From positions 6,615,855-6,679,854 of the forward strand of contig NW_002060946.1 of the NCBI RefSeq assembly GCF_000150275.1: a stretch of DNA of 64,000 nucleotides, written 5' to 3'. Of the stretch, positions 23,115-38,000 are shown in pieces. The stretch comes from Trichoplax adhaerens (lineage: Eukaryota; Animalia; Placozoa). The translations under genes were made by a program, and so were the position numbers. Within the stretch, counting starts at the first letter, position 1; every line of letters starts with the position of its first letter. The notes under the pieces are model-generated. The model saw nothing but the letters and a program-made list of their open reading frames with translations, did not search any database and had not been told where the DNA came from.

Positions 23115-24710
23115 TCACGTGATGGAAATTAATATTTCCAAGTTCCGTCCTACATGATTTACTTTTTCCATATCCAGCTCATATAGATGTCGTCTAGCAA
23201 TATGCTGCCGATGCAAAATGGGCTGCAGATTTTCAGTATCAATCTTGCTTTACAAATTAGACGACGGTCATCTAAGAAGGATAGCTGAGTGGGAACGATG
23301 ATTGAGAAAAAATAAATTTCATCCACATGTGGATATTAATGAATTGTAAAGCAAGCTTTCATCAGCCTAAAAACTGAGTTAGCAGACAGAGGTACCATAT
23401 ATATTGCATCGTCCAATTACTCTAACCTAAGTGTTATTTTATTTCCTGCTGATATCTTCATGCTAGAAAGATATGAGTTATACTACAATGTCTTTCATAC
23501 AGTATGATGGAAACTAATATTTTCAAAATTTCATCCTGCGCGAATTACTTTCTCGATATCCAACTCGTCTTGATGTAGTAGCAGTGTGCTACCGAAGTAA
23601 AAGGGATTCTAAATTTTGAATATCAATTTTGCTTTAGAAATTATGGCCGGCCATCTAAGAATAGCTCAGTCGAAAGGATAGTTAAGAAAAAATTCATCCA
23701 CATGATGTAGATATTGATGAATTGTAAAATAAATTTTCATCAACTTAACAACGACAGAGTTAGCAGATCTTATACATTTACTCTTAAACTAATGGCGCTA
23801 ACCTAACTGCTATTTGTTCTTTTTCCTGCTGACATCTGTAAGCTGGAAACATATGAGTCATACAGTATATTGTCTTTCATACAGTAGTATCTACCTTCTA
23901 GACAAATTATCAACTAAAAATAGCAATCAACGCCATTATCTGTATGATTAGAATCCTTGACGTAATTTGAAAGATTTAGCAACCAATATTTTCAAAGTTT
24001 CATCCTACATGAATTATTTTCTCGATGTCAAACTCTTGTTGCATTGCCATTACAGCAAAAGGAGTTTCAAATTTTTAGTATTTGAAAAATTCCATTCTGA
24101 ATGATTTACTTTCTCGATATTTAAGTCATATTGATGTCGTAGCAATACACTACCGAAGTAAAACGAGTTCTAAATTTTCGGCATTAATCTTAGTTTAGAA
24201 ATTAGAGACCGGCCATCTAAGGATAGCTTAGTCGTCGCGACGGTTTAGAAAAAATTTCATTCGCATATAGTGGATGTTGATGAATTGTAAAGCAAGCTTT
24301 CATCGGTCTAAAGACAGAATTAGCAGATATTGTATATTCATCGTCAAATTACTCTAAAACCTAAGTGCTGTTTTGTGCTATTTCCTCCCAATATCTACAA
24401 GCTAGAAAGATACGAGTCATACAGTATGATGGAAATACGTATGAAATATTTTCTCGATATGCAACTTATGTTAATGTCGTAGCAATATGCTACCGAAACT
24501 AAAGCGGCTTAAAATTTCAGTATCGACCTTACTTTAAAATTAGAGACCGAGCATCTCAGAAGGATAGCTTAGTCGTCGCGATAGTTGAAGAAAAAATTTT
24601 ATCCGCATGATAAGAGTGTTGATGAATCGTAAAACATGCTTTCATCTGCCTAAAGACTTAGTAGCAGATATTGTATATTCATCCCCAAATTACATAAACA
24701 TAAGCGCTGA
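23115..24710. repeat. Degenerate ~340-390-bp tandem repeat array (about 4 full copies plus one partial)
   Basis: Recurring gtcgtagcaat.tgctaccgaa, g.ccatctaag..gatagct.agt, tgatgaattgtaaagcaagctttcatc, ttagcagat and gctagaaagata.gagtcatac blocks, with units starting near 23120, 23505, 23985 (partial), 24085 and 24427. Confidence 0.8.
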
Positions 24711-24768
24711 CTATTATACGCAGATTTCCTGCTGGCATCTAGTAGCTGGGAAGATACGTGTATGAGTC

Positions 24769-25040
24769 AATAGAATCCTTTATAGTTGAATGTCTACCCT
24801 CAAATCCGAGACTGGCTTAGTATAAGCATAATCTAATCCCAGACTTTAACTAACTATCTTGGTAGAATTGATAAATAAACTGAAATTGTTGATGATATCC
24901 AGCCAAACTAATGGAATCCTTTATGGTTGAATGTCTATCCTTAAATCCGAAACTGGCTTAGTATAAGCATAATTTAATCCCAGATTTTAACTAACTGTCT
25001 TGGTAGAATTAATTAATAAACTGAAAGTGTTGATGACATG
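24769..25040. repeat. 141-bp tandem direct repeat, 2 copies
   Basis: aat.gaatcctttat.gttgaatgtcta.cct.aaatccga.actggcttagtataagc at 24769 and 24910. Confidence 0.88.
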
Positions 25041-25624
25041 CTGCCAGTCGAGAGGCGAAAGGTATCACGATCGATAACTGCAATCCCTATTTATAGCAAT
25101 TACACGTTAATGACTTTATTATGGTAGCTATGAGTCATGACTTCCATTAATAAATTAGATACTCTATCATGCAATTAACTCCACCTACATCGCTAACATT
25201 AATGTACCCATCTTTCCTCTGGATTGGATTCTAGTCCATTAAAATAAAGTCATGAAGTGTTTAAACCACATAGGCCACAGATAGGGTGATTCACTGATTT
25301 CTATATTATCAATTATATTTCAATTTTGCACTAGAGCAGATTATCTACAATTATATACGCTAGTCAATTTGCTAACTTAACATCGCACTGATAATAGATA
25401 AAGTTTTTAGTAAAACGATGTACGAGGGAAGACAAGCAAGTTACCGTGGACTTTTTCATTACCAAAACTGAATTTCAGATGAAATATAGATAACATAAGA
25501 GATCTACAGCGATATTTTACAATTAGCAAAGGTAGAAAAGGATCGTAGCCATTTGGAGATGTAACTAACTCTATTAGAGTAATAAGTTCGCTCTTGGCTG
25601 ATTTGGAATATCACATACTATAGC

Positions 25625-26095
25625 TACTTTTATAACTCAACTTCAATACTAAATTAATAACAATTGATGAAAAACTTTAATTATGTTTAAAGCAATTGTA
25701 GTTACTTATTGGTATAATAGCCTAGAGAACCACTCTACCCTTACATTTATACTGCAATTATAACTCTACTCTAGTACTAAATTAACAATTGATGACAAAA
25801 TTTTATTCTACCGAAAGCAAAATGGAGCTATTTATCGGTGTTATAGCCAAGAGAACCACCCCACCCTTACATCGCATAGTACTTTTTATAGAGCAATTAG
25901 AGCTCTACTCCAACACTAATTAACATTTGATGAAAAACTTTAACTCTACCGAAGGTAAATTGTAGTAATTTATTGGTGTAATAGCCCTAAGAACCATTCT
26001 TACGTTCATGCTACAATTATTACTCAGCTCCAGTACTAAATTAACAATTGATGAAAAATTTTTATTCTACCTAAAGTAAATTGGAGTTATTTGAT
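25625..26095. repeat. ~125-bp degenerate tandem repeat, 4 copies
   Basis: actaaattaacaattgatga.aaaa...aaagcaa...g.ag.tattt..tggt.t.atagcc.agagaacca repeated. Confidence 0.8.
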
Positions 26096-29000
26096 TGAAA
26101 TGGATTTAGTCCATCAGCCTCCAGTTTATCGTAACGACATCATTTCTGCAACCATAATAATTCAAGTATGTTTGCAATTACTTTTATTCTTCAACTGGCC
26201 AACTGCTTCACAGTCAGTATGACTCATGATTTCGTCATTGTACCCTACTCTCCCCTAAGGCATATTTATAGCCTCAGAACTTGCATGAGACTAAATTATT
26301 GTACATGCGCGGCTAATTATGGATATGCGGTAAATCTTACAGTCTACACACCAAACTCAGAACGCTTAGCCATGATATTTTCTGTATTAAGCGAGATAAT
26401 TATTATAAGCTAGATTACAGGCAACAGCCTCATTCGTTTACTAATTTAATACATCCAGCTCCTTCACTATAGTTTATCAAATGCTGTAGCAGGCTAAAAT
26501 TTACCTACTAGGAGAAGCAAGCATATTACGTCATCTTATTTGCATTGATAACTTATTCTACATTCAATACCCGCCCAGTGGAATAAGCTCGCTGGCTAAC
26601 ATTACAATGCTTGCAAATTATTTACACAATTTATCGCTTACGAAAATTTTTTAAATATGTATGAAGATAACATGAGAAAGCTGATTTGACTACAGGATGA
26701 ATTCAATATCGTCTGGCGTCAGCTGCAGTCGTGCATCGCACTAGCGCATAACCCAAAGACTCCAGAGCGACTTTGGGTATAACCACTATTTACCGCTAAT
26801 AATATTGTACCGCTTCAGTTATTAGGACATATATTAGTATTTACCTATAATTATACAAGTCAATTTCTTATGAAGTATTTATATGTACATGTGGCACATG
26901 TGTGTATGTGATATGTTTAAACGTATCCTATTCTGCTATTCCTTAAGGGCTATAAAACTTTTGAATATTGCAATTTACTTTTTACTGCTAATGCTATTGT
27001 AGTGCTCCTATAAATAATAAATATATAAACAATTACCTATAACAATTTAATTAATAATAGAACATCAAACTCACTGAAAAAGACTATCTATCTCTGTTCT
27101 ATAGGATGCTGCCGCAAAACTGTAGCAGAGTTAAACAAGAAAAGGTTACTTTTTTATTAAAGTTATCCCCTTACGACATTCATACGAAAATCGATAGATC
27201 GAGCAATATGATTTATCCAATAAGCTGGAAAATTAAGCTATATATAAATCTAGAGTAATATAAATTTTACGCCAAGTTCATAATGTCTTATTTGCTTGTT
27301 CGTATTGTCTCTATTAACAGGTGCAAACTAGAACAGTTTTACTTCCTTATGGCATTAATAGTCTCAATTTTTCAACATTATCAAACCTGTAGCTGCAAAG
27401 TAATTAAAAGCTATCAGTATAGAAATTACTTATCCCCAAACTAAGGGACTTACTCCTACAGTATTTTTAACTTACAGAAAAAAAATACAGTATACATCAG
27501 GGGTATAATTTTAATTTAGGTCTACTTTTATGCGTATTCCTTTACATTTAAGATTGCTAAACTTTCCAACTTCTTAGTATCAGTAGAGAATTAAGCTGGA
27601 GGCTTCAAATAGAAATAAATATTGATGTCGTGCGAGATCGTACATGTAAATATTGAATATTCAAAATTGTAGCTGAAAGATATCGAATGGACATCTTTAC
27701 TCTTTTATTCCTTAATCATTATGTCAGCAGTTATGGCAATGTAACTTTCCCAAACCTAGATAATAGCAATCTATTTTACGACTATATCTCAGTCCAACAT
27801 AGAATTACACTAGTTAAGTGTGCTAATGGTATTAGCCAACTTTGTATAATTTACGTTTATTGATTGCCTAAGCTTTACAACATATCTTTGTTATACGTCT
27901 TTGAACATTACGCGATTTTTAACGCTTTTCTAGTGGTACGTATATACGCGTATACGCAATCTAAGTTATAACGGCAATATCATATAAGACTTCATTAAGG
28001 TCCATCGTCATTTGAAAAAGCTTTTGGATCTGAACATAAACGACAAATATATTACTATTGGTAATTATTTTTACGCCAAGATAATGCTACAAATGGCGAA
28101 TTAATATCTGGGTAATAATTATTAATACTATCATGGCGAACATATGGGCCGGATATGGCATCATTTATTCTTCAATAGTCTATTGCTTCCTGACTTGAAG
28201 TCTATTTTCATTTTCAATTACTTCTATAACTATTATAATGCGGTAAGAAACATAAAATAATATTTATAATCTTTAGCAGGCTATCATATTTTAGGACATA
28301 CGGTACCTAATGTAACTGAAATCCGTGTTCTAGTCCACAAACAAATAGGCTTTAGGTCGGTATTAAATCTATCTCGCTCCATAAAAGGATTCAAATCAGC
28401 TTTTTTGATGGAGAAAAAACAGCAGTACTTACTAAACGGTAAGATCTACTACTGATATGGAAGCACATATACCTTTGACTTCAATCATACCTCTAAAAAT
28501 TGTAGTTCTATGGAGGTAATTGATATAAACTCTTTTCTCAAGATATCATGATTTCAAATCTACTCTAAAATATTTGATTTCTACCCCATAAAAACATGAA
28601 TTAAAGATAATATTACTTCAATCATAATTATTGATTGATGCTAATATAGGTACTTTACATCCGGGTTCAAGAAATGCTCTATCTTAATTAGAAAATGTTG
28701 TTAAAAGTAGTAGATGCACCTGATATTTGACTAACATCATTAATAGCACTATACCTGGTGACTATCTAATCTAATTCTATCCCAGTTCAGATGATATGTT
28801 GCACTTCCTACACACATGTAGGTCTTCAATTTAAGATTTGAAATCACCTAGTAAATGGCTGATTAAACCAAAAATTTAAATATTCTAATTCGAACGATAC
28901 CGGTCAGTAATGATGAGACATGCTGGGACACCTCTTCATTCCATAAAAAGATAATGGCCAGCAACAATTAACTGTTACAGGAGTCTCCTATTCAAATAAA

Positions 29001-32000
29001 ATTAAACTCTAGCATTTTGTCCTTCTATAACAGAATGATTTCGATGGCATGATAGTATGTAAATATTTATTGGTAACGCATATGCATAACATAAAAAATG
29101 AGTCTCATCGTCTTCTATTATTTATTCGTGAAAGTCCATCATCATTTTAATATACTCCCAACAAACAAACTAAATAAATACCAAGCACCTATTTGTATTC
29201 TAGAGTATAGCAATTAATTAGTAAATAGGTGATATAGGAAGCTCTTCTACCAAAATAAAGTAACATTGCACTGAGAGATCAATAGAATAAAAGTAAGGAA
29301 ACTAACAAGAATACAAAGTGTCAAAAATGCAGTTAAAAGAAGTTCGTCATTCCCCTCATTGAATAAGATAGATGACAATGTGCAGTACTCGAGCCATTTG
29401 ATAAATTTAGGTGCAATACTGTGTTGATATAAGGATTAAGATATTTAGAGATCATCCTACATCATGAGAATAACTACACTAGTAGAAATAAAAATCAACT
29501 GTAATAAAATAAGCATAATATATAGGCATCTCTAGCTGTAACAAACAGATGTTAGTCACCTTCAACAATGGCGGATACGGTTCAGTGGAGAATAAATATT
29601 ATGTTCGTAATATGAGAAATACAAATAGAATAAGACAAATTATACGAGAAGAGCCACTATGCGTACAGTATATAAATAATTAATCAATCGATTGATTGAC
29701 GGATTGATTAATAAAGGCAGCAAATTTTTCATTCCATAATTATTAAATTTATTGATTAATTCATTTAAGTTTAACAAAATCATGAATGAAATAGAAGAAA
29801 GCTCCAACATTCACTAGTTAATTTTATTATCTCTCACAGCTAGTTCAATAAGAGCTGAATTTGCCAGTAGTCAAAAATTTACGCTTTCATGATAATTGGA
29901 AGAGCTTACTATACCAAAATAATGTTTGTATTTCAATGTGATCAATACTGACGTTTTTTAAGATGCAATATATATTCCCCAAAACAGATTAAAACTTTTC
30001 GTAGGGCATGCTATCATGGAGAGATAACTCTAATATATTAGCAGCTAGAGGCTATTTGGTTACAACTAATTGCGGAAGATTGAATTGTGATATCAATCTT
30101 ATTAAGTGCTTATCTATAAATAATAGTCTGTTTATATATTAAAACAATTTAATACACCATTAGATTTGAATAGTGTACTATATGTTCAATAAAATTAAAA
30201 TATTATGGCTCCTGCAACATAATTTTACAGATATTTTTGTCCAATTATATTGCGTTGATATAAATGGCGATCAATCAAATTAAATCATCCACTCGAATAT
30301 TAATTACAGAAACTAAGTGAGAATTATTTTAATTAAAGGATTCAGCTATTTTTGTAATCTATCAAGCTTGGATCGAACATTTCCGTACGATATTAAATAT
30401 TAACTTCTACAGTTAAAATTTTACTGAAAAATAGTTTAGAACCAGCGATTCTCATATTAATGTCGGATGTAATTTATTAATTTTAGACCCTTATTCAAAT
30501 TGATTTTATAAAGGTGTTTAACGCTCTTTACCTTATTCTTGCTCTTAGATAGTAACAATTCAATTCTTATTAATGAAAGGAATAATATAATAAACTCAGC
30601 ACCTTATCAATTTTGGGAAATTTTTAATGTAAAAATTCATAAATATTCGAAAATATTCTTTAAATATCGCTACAGATGATTAGCTATAATATTTAAGATA
30701 ACATTAGCAGACCATCCTAGCCTATTGATTAATGAAAGACTGCTATTGTCCGCTAATAGTCTAAACTTTGAAAGTTAAACTATTTCTTCCCACTAACCAT
30801 CAAGTCTAAATAGTCATATGAGGAGCATTTGAAGTTATTAATTAATCTAAATAAAAAAATTATTACTTAAAATAATTGGCATCCAAACAGTTGTATGAAA
30901 AGTAATTAAAGTTATTAATTAATTTCAATAAAATAACCATTTTATTTCATCGTCTAGCTAGCATATTTAAGCTATGTTTCTTTCTTAGAACAGCACTAAC
31001 TTATGTATACCTATTTATTATTAATTATTTCACTGGGGTAGGATATCACGTTGTCTATCACTATTCAATGCTATAATTTAGCAAGCAGTAGTTATGGTTT
31101 AAGGTATTTGTAACCTTGAAGCTCTGCAGAAATAATTTTCATACTTTAACATCACCTTTAGTACCTCTAGTCCCGGAAAATTCGCATATGGATATCGGAT
31201 TTTTTCTACAGTAATAGCCATAATGTCAAATAAATGTTTACGAAAGTTGCTCTTTCTAGCTGTTTTGCTCATTAATACCGTCATAATTCTCGGGAGTTTT
31301 ATTCATGCTTATCTAATACCATTAAATATGCATTAACATAGCCATTATAGCACATGTTTTAGCAAGCTGATATTTTTTAAGTCCTATAATCTATTACTGA
31401 AATTAATACATAGTTCTTGTAACTAAGAGAAGTTCTTCTCTATATTTTTATACCTACAACCAATCTAATAGCTGATTATTTAATCAGGCCTATTTTCTAC
31501 CAATAAGACAAATTTTAAGCCTGCAAAACAGTGACTACGCGAAACCATTAACGTAAAAGAATTTATAATTTAATAACCTATTGACTATAATGCCGCACAA
31601 AATGATTCGGTTCGGAAATAATACAATATATTATTCCGGTTTAAAATATTAAACACCAAGATGGAGCTTATGTTTCATACAGCAAATGATCTAGTTTCAG
31701 TAAATTAATTATGATAACCTTACTGTACTTGTAAATGTACTCGTGATGAAGCAGAAGCTAGGTGTATTCTATAACATTAACAATTACTAAACAGTAAACC
31801 ATGAAATTTTCAAAATCATCCTGAAGTCCCGTATCAATTTTCTGTATATTAACTATCTTTAGCTCTATTTTAATCTAGCCATTTGATAAACCGACCCAAA
31901 ATGAAAATATATAGGTTTAACGACAATAAAATATACGATACAAACTATCTAGCAATAAATCAAAATCGCAAGCCTGACTGATTGCATTACAAGAATTCCC

Positions 32001-35000
32001 TTATTACTAAAGTCTACGCAAGCTCTATGTCTCTAGAAGATTGTATATGCTTAACGCTAGTAAGCTATAATAAGATTTTTAGCAAGAAATAAATTGAAAT
32101 TTCGGTTTTTATTATTATAGCCCGAAAGTAAATATCATACGAAAGTACGTAAAAATATCGGTATCATAAACCTATTTTTGATATTTCTTAAGAAGCAGAA
32201 TCAATTCAAGTATTTCATATCATTCTAATTTCATGGCTATAATCGATAGTACATTCCTAATGTAGTACTTTCGAAGAAATAACATCAATTTAAATATTTG
32301 TATGAATTCTAATTTTATGATCATAATTGATAGCACAATATTAAGTTCTATAGAACGTCTTCACAAACAATTTCATTAACTGTGATGTATACATTCAGTA
32401 ATAATGGAATTTTAACTATAATGACAGCTACTATTAAATAAACAATATTTAAAGAACTCCAACCTAAATTTTCCAATAGTAGTTTTAGATTCATCATTAA
32501 TTCGCCATTCGTAGATTTATCTACAGAAACCAGGAATAGATTGCCTTACTTAAAATTTATTAATGCTTCTACCTTTAAGTTTCTTTTATTTCAAAGATGA
32601 TATGCTATTATTAATTAATCATTATTCTTATATACTTCGATGAGCTGACCGAAAAGTAGAATGAATGCAATATTCATAAGTATATCCATGTTTCAAAAAA
32701 CATAAATCAACATACTTTCGCCATTTCTAAGAATTTAATTCCGATTTATAAAGAAATTAAAAATTCTGAATAAACGATTCAACAATAAATAGCCTTTAGA
32801 TATGGTAAAACAAAGTAATTTTAACTCAAATTCGCATACAGTACTACTTAATAGAATCGAGATAGTAGATGATCATATCAATTTATTAATTAAACTATGC
32901 TGTGTCTATAGTTGAACTATTTACCCAAGAACTAACATAAAATGAAACTTTATAAGTAAATTGACTTCATTATTGCACAAACAAAGCTCAGTCTGGTCAT
33001 TGCTAATAGGAATAAATGAATTGACTGAATTTATTTAACCTGGTCATCACTATTAGTAATATTGTATCTCAAAGTGTTGCATACCACCAGAACTATTAAG
33101 CATAAATATATTTGGTGAGAAAATTTCGTATCTATTATTAATTTGATAAACTATCTTAATCAATTCAATAGAGAAGTAAGCAATTGTTATGAAAGTAACC
33201 AACGGTGAATAGCTTGCTATCAAGTAAAACAATTATTGAAAATTTAGTAATTAAAATAGATGAAGCAATGCTTTCACATATCATTAAATCTGTTATACGT
33301 GAGTAATGACATTTTATTCAATGGACATATTGATCTAGGCCTTTTTTTCCTGTTCAAGCTTACTTATCTCCAATAGATTAACGTTGTTCAGTTATTTATC
33401 AAAGCCTGTTATTCCTCATTATCACCTATTGTATATTTTATTAATATAATAAATAGAAGAATAGAAGTTTACGATTTATTAAATACATTATCTTCTTCCA
33501 TTGAATCGCCAACTATTCTATAGCATTGTTTTCTAAGCAACCGATTAAAGTAATGATTTAAAGTACGCAATAGACATGCTAAAATCATAAAAACGTTTCT
33601 CATTATTAATGGTGCAAAATAAACCAATAGTAAATAACATCACAACAACTCTGCACTGGATATAGTATCATAATCATACTATCTTCGGAAGAACTGTCAC
33701 GTTTACTGTACAACTCTATATCAAGAATGCAAGGTGCCACCGACCATCAATAGAATGTCATTTTAAGCTATCTTGAATCTTGCTGATTACGATAAAATTA
33801 AATCCTGTATTGAAAATTGATTGATATTCTTCTGTGCAAACGAAAAGGGGTAATATAGTGCCATAACTACACTTGCGACACAAGAAAACCGACACAGTAC
33901 TTATGATAAACTTAACTTTAATCCGTAGAACTATTTCCCTGGCCTACGGTATCGTAACTGAATTCCTTGCGAAGTATTAACTCGCTCAACACAATATACG
34001 ATATAGAACTATCACACAACTTAGCCTTAACCTGAATCACTTTTTATTGATCACAGTGCTTCTGATATACTCTTTCAGTAGTTATAAACATATTTACTAT
34101 ACTATTAACATATTTCATTAACAAACATGTTATTACGATTGAATTATCAGATACGGACATTCAAGGTAATAAAACAATTTCATAAGTAAATCTACTTCGA
34201 GTATAAGCCCTGTCAAGCTCCTATGTTCTCGATACTTACTTGTAACATATTACTATATCATCATAATATCGTAATAAATTAGGTTGTTACTAACAATAAC
34301 AATTCCTAAAGTAGTAATTCATACTTCTTAAAAGTTCAAAACAAAATGTTATCCTAAACTGCACATCCATATCTAAGTTATTTTGATGACTATGGCATGT
34401 AGCGTTACTAAAGATCGCGTAATAGTAAATTAAAATTGATAATGGATTGTAATGCAATGTCAAACTTTCCATATTACATTAAGAACTTACTAATAAGACA
34501 CAGTGTGGAAAGTAAATAGGAAATTTTATTCTATACTAGTGCAAACTCCCGTCGCTTTGCTGACGGTTTACGATAATGTGCTCATTTAACAGATAGTATT
34601 ACCATTTGTCGTAGACCTGTCAGATGGAAATATGCAGCACGCGATAATAACTTCTATAACCCAAGTAGCGCTCAAGATAGGGGGAAACTGAAGATTTTTT
34701 TGCTCTCTAAGACCGCTCAACTGGATAATAAGAGCCAATTCGGTAGATGATACATCTATCTTTCGATCATCTACAAGATTGCTCCGAATTTGCATTAAAT
34801 TGGCTACAAAACGGAATGAAATAAGAGTTGTTAAAAGCGAGGGAATACTATGACATTACTGTTGCTATGGCCGATACGATGTCATTAATCATTGATCAAT
34901 ATTAGCAACGTCGTTTAAACTAATAGAGCTGATGAAGTCAGAAGCTATTTTCCAAATGTTACGGATACCCCTAGTAAAATACATGTAAGATATTTATTTA

Positions 35001-38000
35001 CTATCATGATCAGTGACCATTTCTCAGCGATTATGTTTTATAGAACAGATCAACAGGATTTATATTATCCGCTTGACGTCATTCTAGCAGAATGGTTAAA
35101 GTAGAAAAAAGAAATAATTAGTCGTCATTGTATCAATTATCCACTGCCTTGAAGTTGCCGTGATCCTAACTAAGTCATGCCAATTTACAGTATTAAAGTA
35201 CCCTATTATGATATCCATGATCGATATCAATACTAATATATACTATCATGCCATAATTGAACAAGACAAAGATGGCATTGCTTAATAAACATATTCCATA
35301 TGCATCGTCAATAAAGTCTGGCTTAAATGTATTCATTGTCTTAACGACGAAATAAGAATGATGCGTTTAAAAATTTAGCGCTTAATTATAATTATATACT
35401 TTGATAGAAAACTAATTTCGTCGTGATTTAAGCTTTGTTAAGAGCAAAATAAGACTCTATTGACTGCGCTAAATACTACAAAAAATAAGCAAAACAGAAC
35501 GGTTAATTTATATGGATGATCATAATAGCAGCAGAAGCAGGGGATTAAGCCAAAAAAAATAGAAAAGATGAAGAAACATCTTCGTCACTCCAGACTATCT
35601 GAATAGTAAGAAGGATTCCCACATTAAATAGCAGGATAATAAAATGCTTTTTAACTAATATTTATTATTAACTTTGCTTTGTTCTCACAGCATGAATATC
35701 ATGCTTTATTTCTTATCTTATTGATTATTTACGGATAATCTAAGTGGGAGATGATGATACTAATTAAAGTGGATTGTAGTTACCTACTCGCTAATGTCAA
35801 AAACTCTTGTTCTATCGTTTCCACCAATTTGAGCGTAAGATGCATAGTAACAGCAATAATTTATTGAAAACTTATCACTCATCCGTTACATGGATGTTTT
35901 TATTTTAGTAACAACGAATAAGATAATAGATAGTATAGAGTAGCTGTATGTATTCTTTTCTGGCTCTTTATCCTCATTTTCTTTCATTTGACTTATTTTT
36001 ATTGATCAGTTATCAATCACACTTTGTTATTATCATGACATCCTGCTTTATTTTATCGATTCAACGCTTGAATATAATTTAGGTGTAACTTATACTATTG
36101 TAATTAATTATAGATGCAATAAACAATAATAATTAGATTCAACAATGGGCAAGACTGCAAGTACACATTCCGTTTGCAAGATAAAATAATTAAGATAATC
36201 ATGAAAGCCTAGCCCGATATTGGCCTATTATCGTTACTAGAAATCATGTCTACTATCTTCAATGAACAATAGAAGCAATAAACTAAATACATGTTTATGA
36301 ATTAGATCCATCAACTATTATTCACCATGATGAATACCAGTGAACGTTTTTTGGGGTTATCAATAAAAATAACTGCATCAAAGTAAATAATAGCAATCGA
36401 CATAGGCTTACATACATTTTTAAGCTTTAGCTCTTGCGTGAATATTAACGTTAATCATTACAGTTTATTATCAGCCAAGCCTGAAGAGATAAAGGGGAGG
36501 AGAAAAATAGAACTATCAATAATTTAACAGGTACAAACAATAAAACTGTTTTAAGTTGAAGAAGGATAGAAAGTTGTTCATCATATTGGATGATTGTTGG
36601 TAATTGATTTCATCATATCAGCCACCTTGAAGTCAGTATCACTACTAGCCGAGAAAAGAAATAACAAGAAAGAAAACAGAAAAATAGCAGGTACTCCAAA
36701 AGTAGCCCTATTCAATAACATAAGTAGTTTGCAATGGCGGAAGAGAAAGAGTAATAATTTTATTGCTATATCAAAGATTAAATAATATCGACTATACTGT
36801 AATTAAATCCATGAACGATAGAGATAGATTTTTGTTTTGTTTGAAGAAATCGAGATATCCATGTAATAGATATTGATTTTAATAACTTACTGCTATCATT
36901 TATAGTTAGATGAGAACAATGCTGCTAATAACTACGACTCATAACTTCCAAATTGAAATATTGTGACAGTGTTATATACTGTATTAGAGTAGAAATATCA
37001 ATGTTAGGATAATTCTGTTAGCCTATCCTTATTTAGTTAACTTCTAATTTGGATATACTGTGTTTTAATATAGCACTGACTTTTTATGGCAGTGACACAT
37101 ATACACATACTGAAATTAATAGTTATAATAGGGAATGCAAATCATCTACTTACACTTCGAATTATTGTGATTGTAACTTACTTATGGTAGATTGCAAATT
37201 ATCGTAGAAATGTTCCGTGATAGGACATATCGTAATCTGACTATTCTGTATTAGTCATCAGATGTCTATGTTCGTAAATACTGTTGTCTGCATTAAGGGC
37301 GCAGTAGCTATAATTAACATCTAATTCAGTAAATGATTCCAAAGTTAATCGTACTAACTATGACTGATGAACTATTGAGGAATAGTATATAAATGCAGTA
37401 TATCGTGTAATAAAGTGGATTCTCCAACTTAGTGTTTAACGTAAAATACGAGGCGTTTAAGTCTTTGTGTAGTCTACTAGTAGAGCAAAAGTGTTTCTGA
37501 TAGTGCAGATATCGTTCGTTGATACGTGGTTCAAGGAATTGACTTATTGATCGTACATTACGTTATCTTGTTGCAAAGCTGTTTTGTGACAAATATTAAA
37601 AAAGTAAACTATTTTTTGTCAATAACTTCGTCTCCATCCGAATCTTAAAGGGAAGGGGAAAAGAAACAAGAAGAATAACTTTAATATTTAATAATTCTAA
37701 GCTAGAATAAAGCACTATTCAACAAAAATCCAACGTATTATTAATGTCAGCAACTTTTACCGGCCTTATATTAATTAGAAATAAATAGAATAATAAATCT
37801 TTCTACCGTGTCATATTGGCTGAATCATCCTTGTAATTTAAACCCTTTTCCATATCTTTCTTTATTTAAGGCACACTAAAAACAACTACAAAAAGACCCA
37901 AGACTAAGACATTTCAATCTGGAGTAAGCTTAAATGACTCTACCTGTTATGTAGTATCTATCTCATCATGACTACTTACTAATAGCGTTGAAAACATATT

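Noticed and set aside
22867-26095. CRISPR-like array
   Set aside because: Units are long, contiguous and degenerate, with no unique spacers or cas genes, in eukaryotic DNA.
34586-34795. 69-aa ORF in a slightly GC-richer patch
   Set aside because: No recognisable motif or splice partners on either strand.
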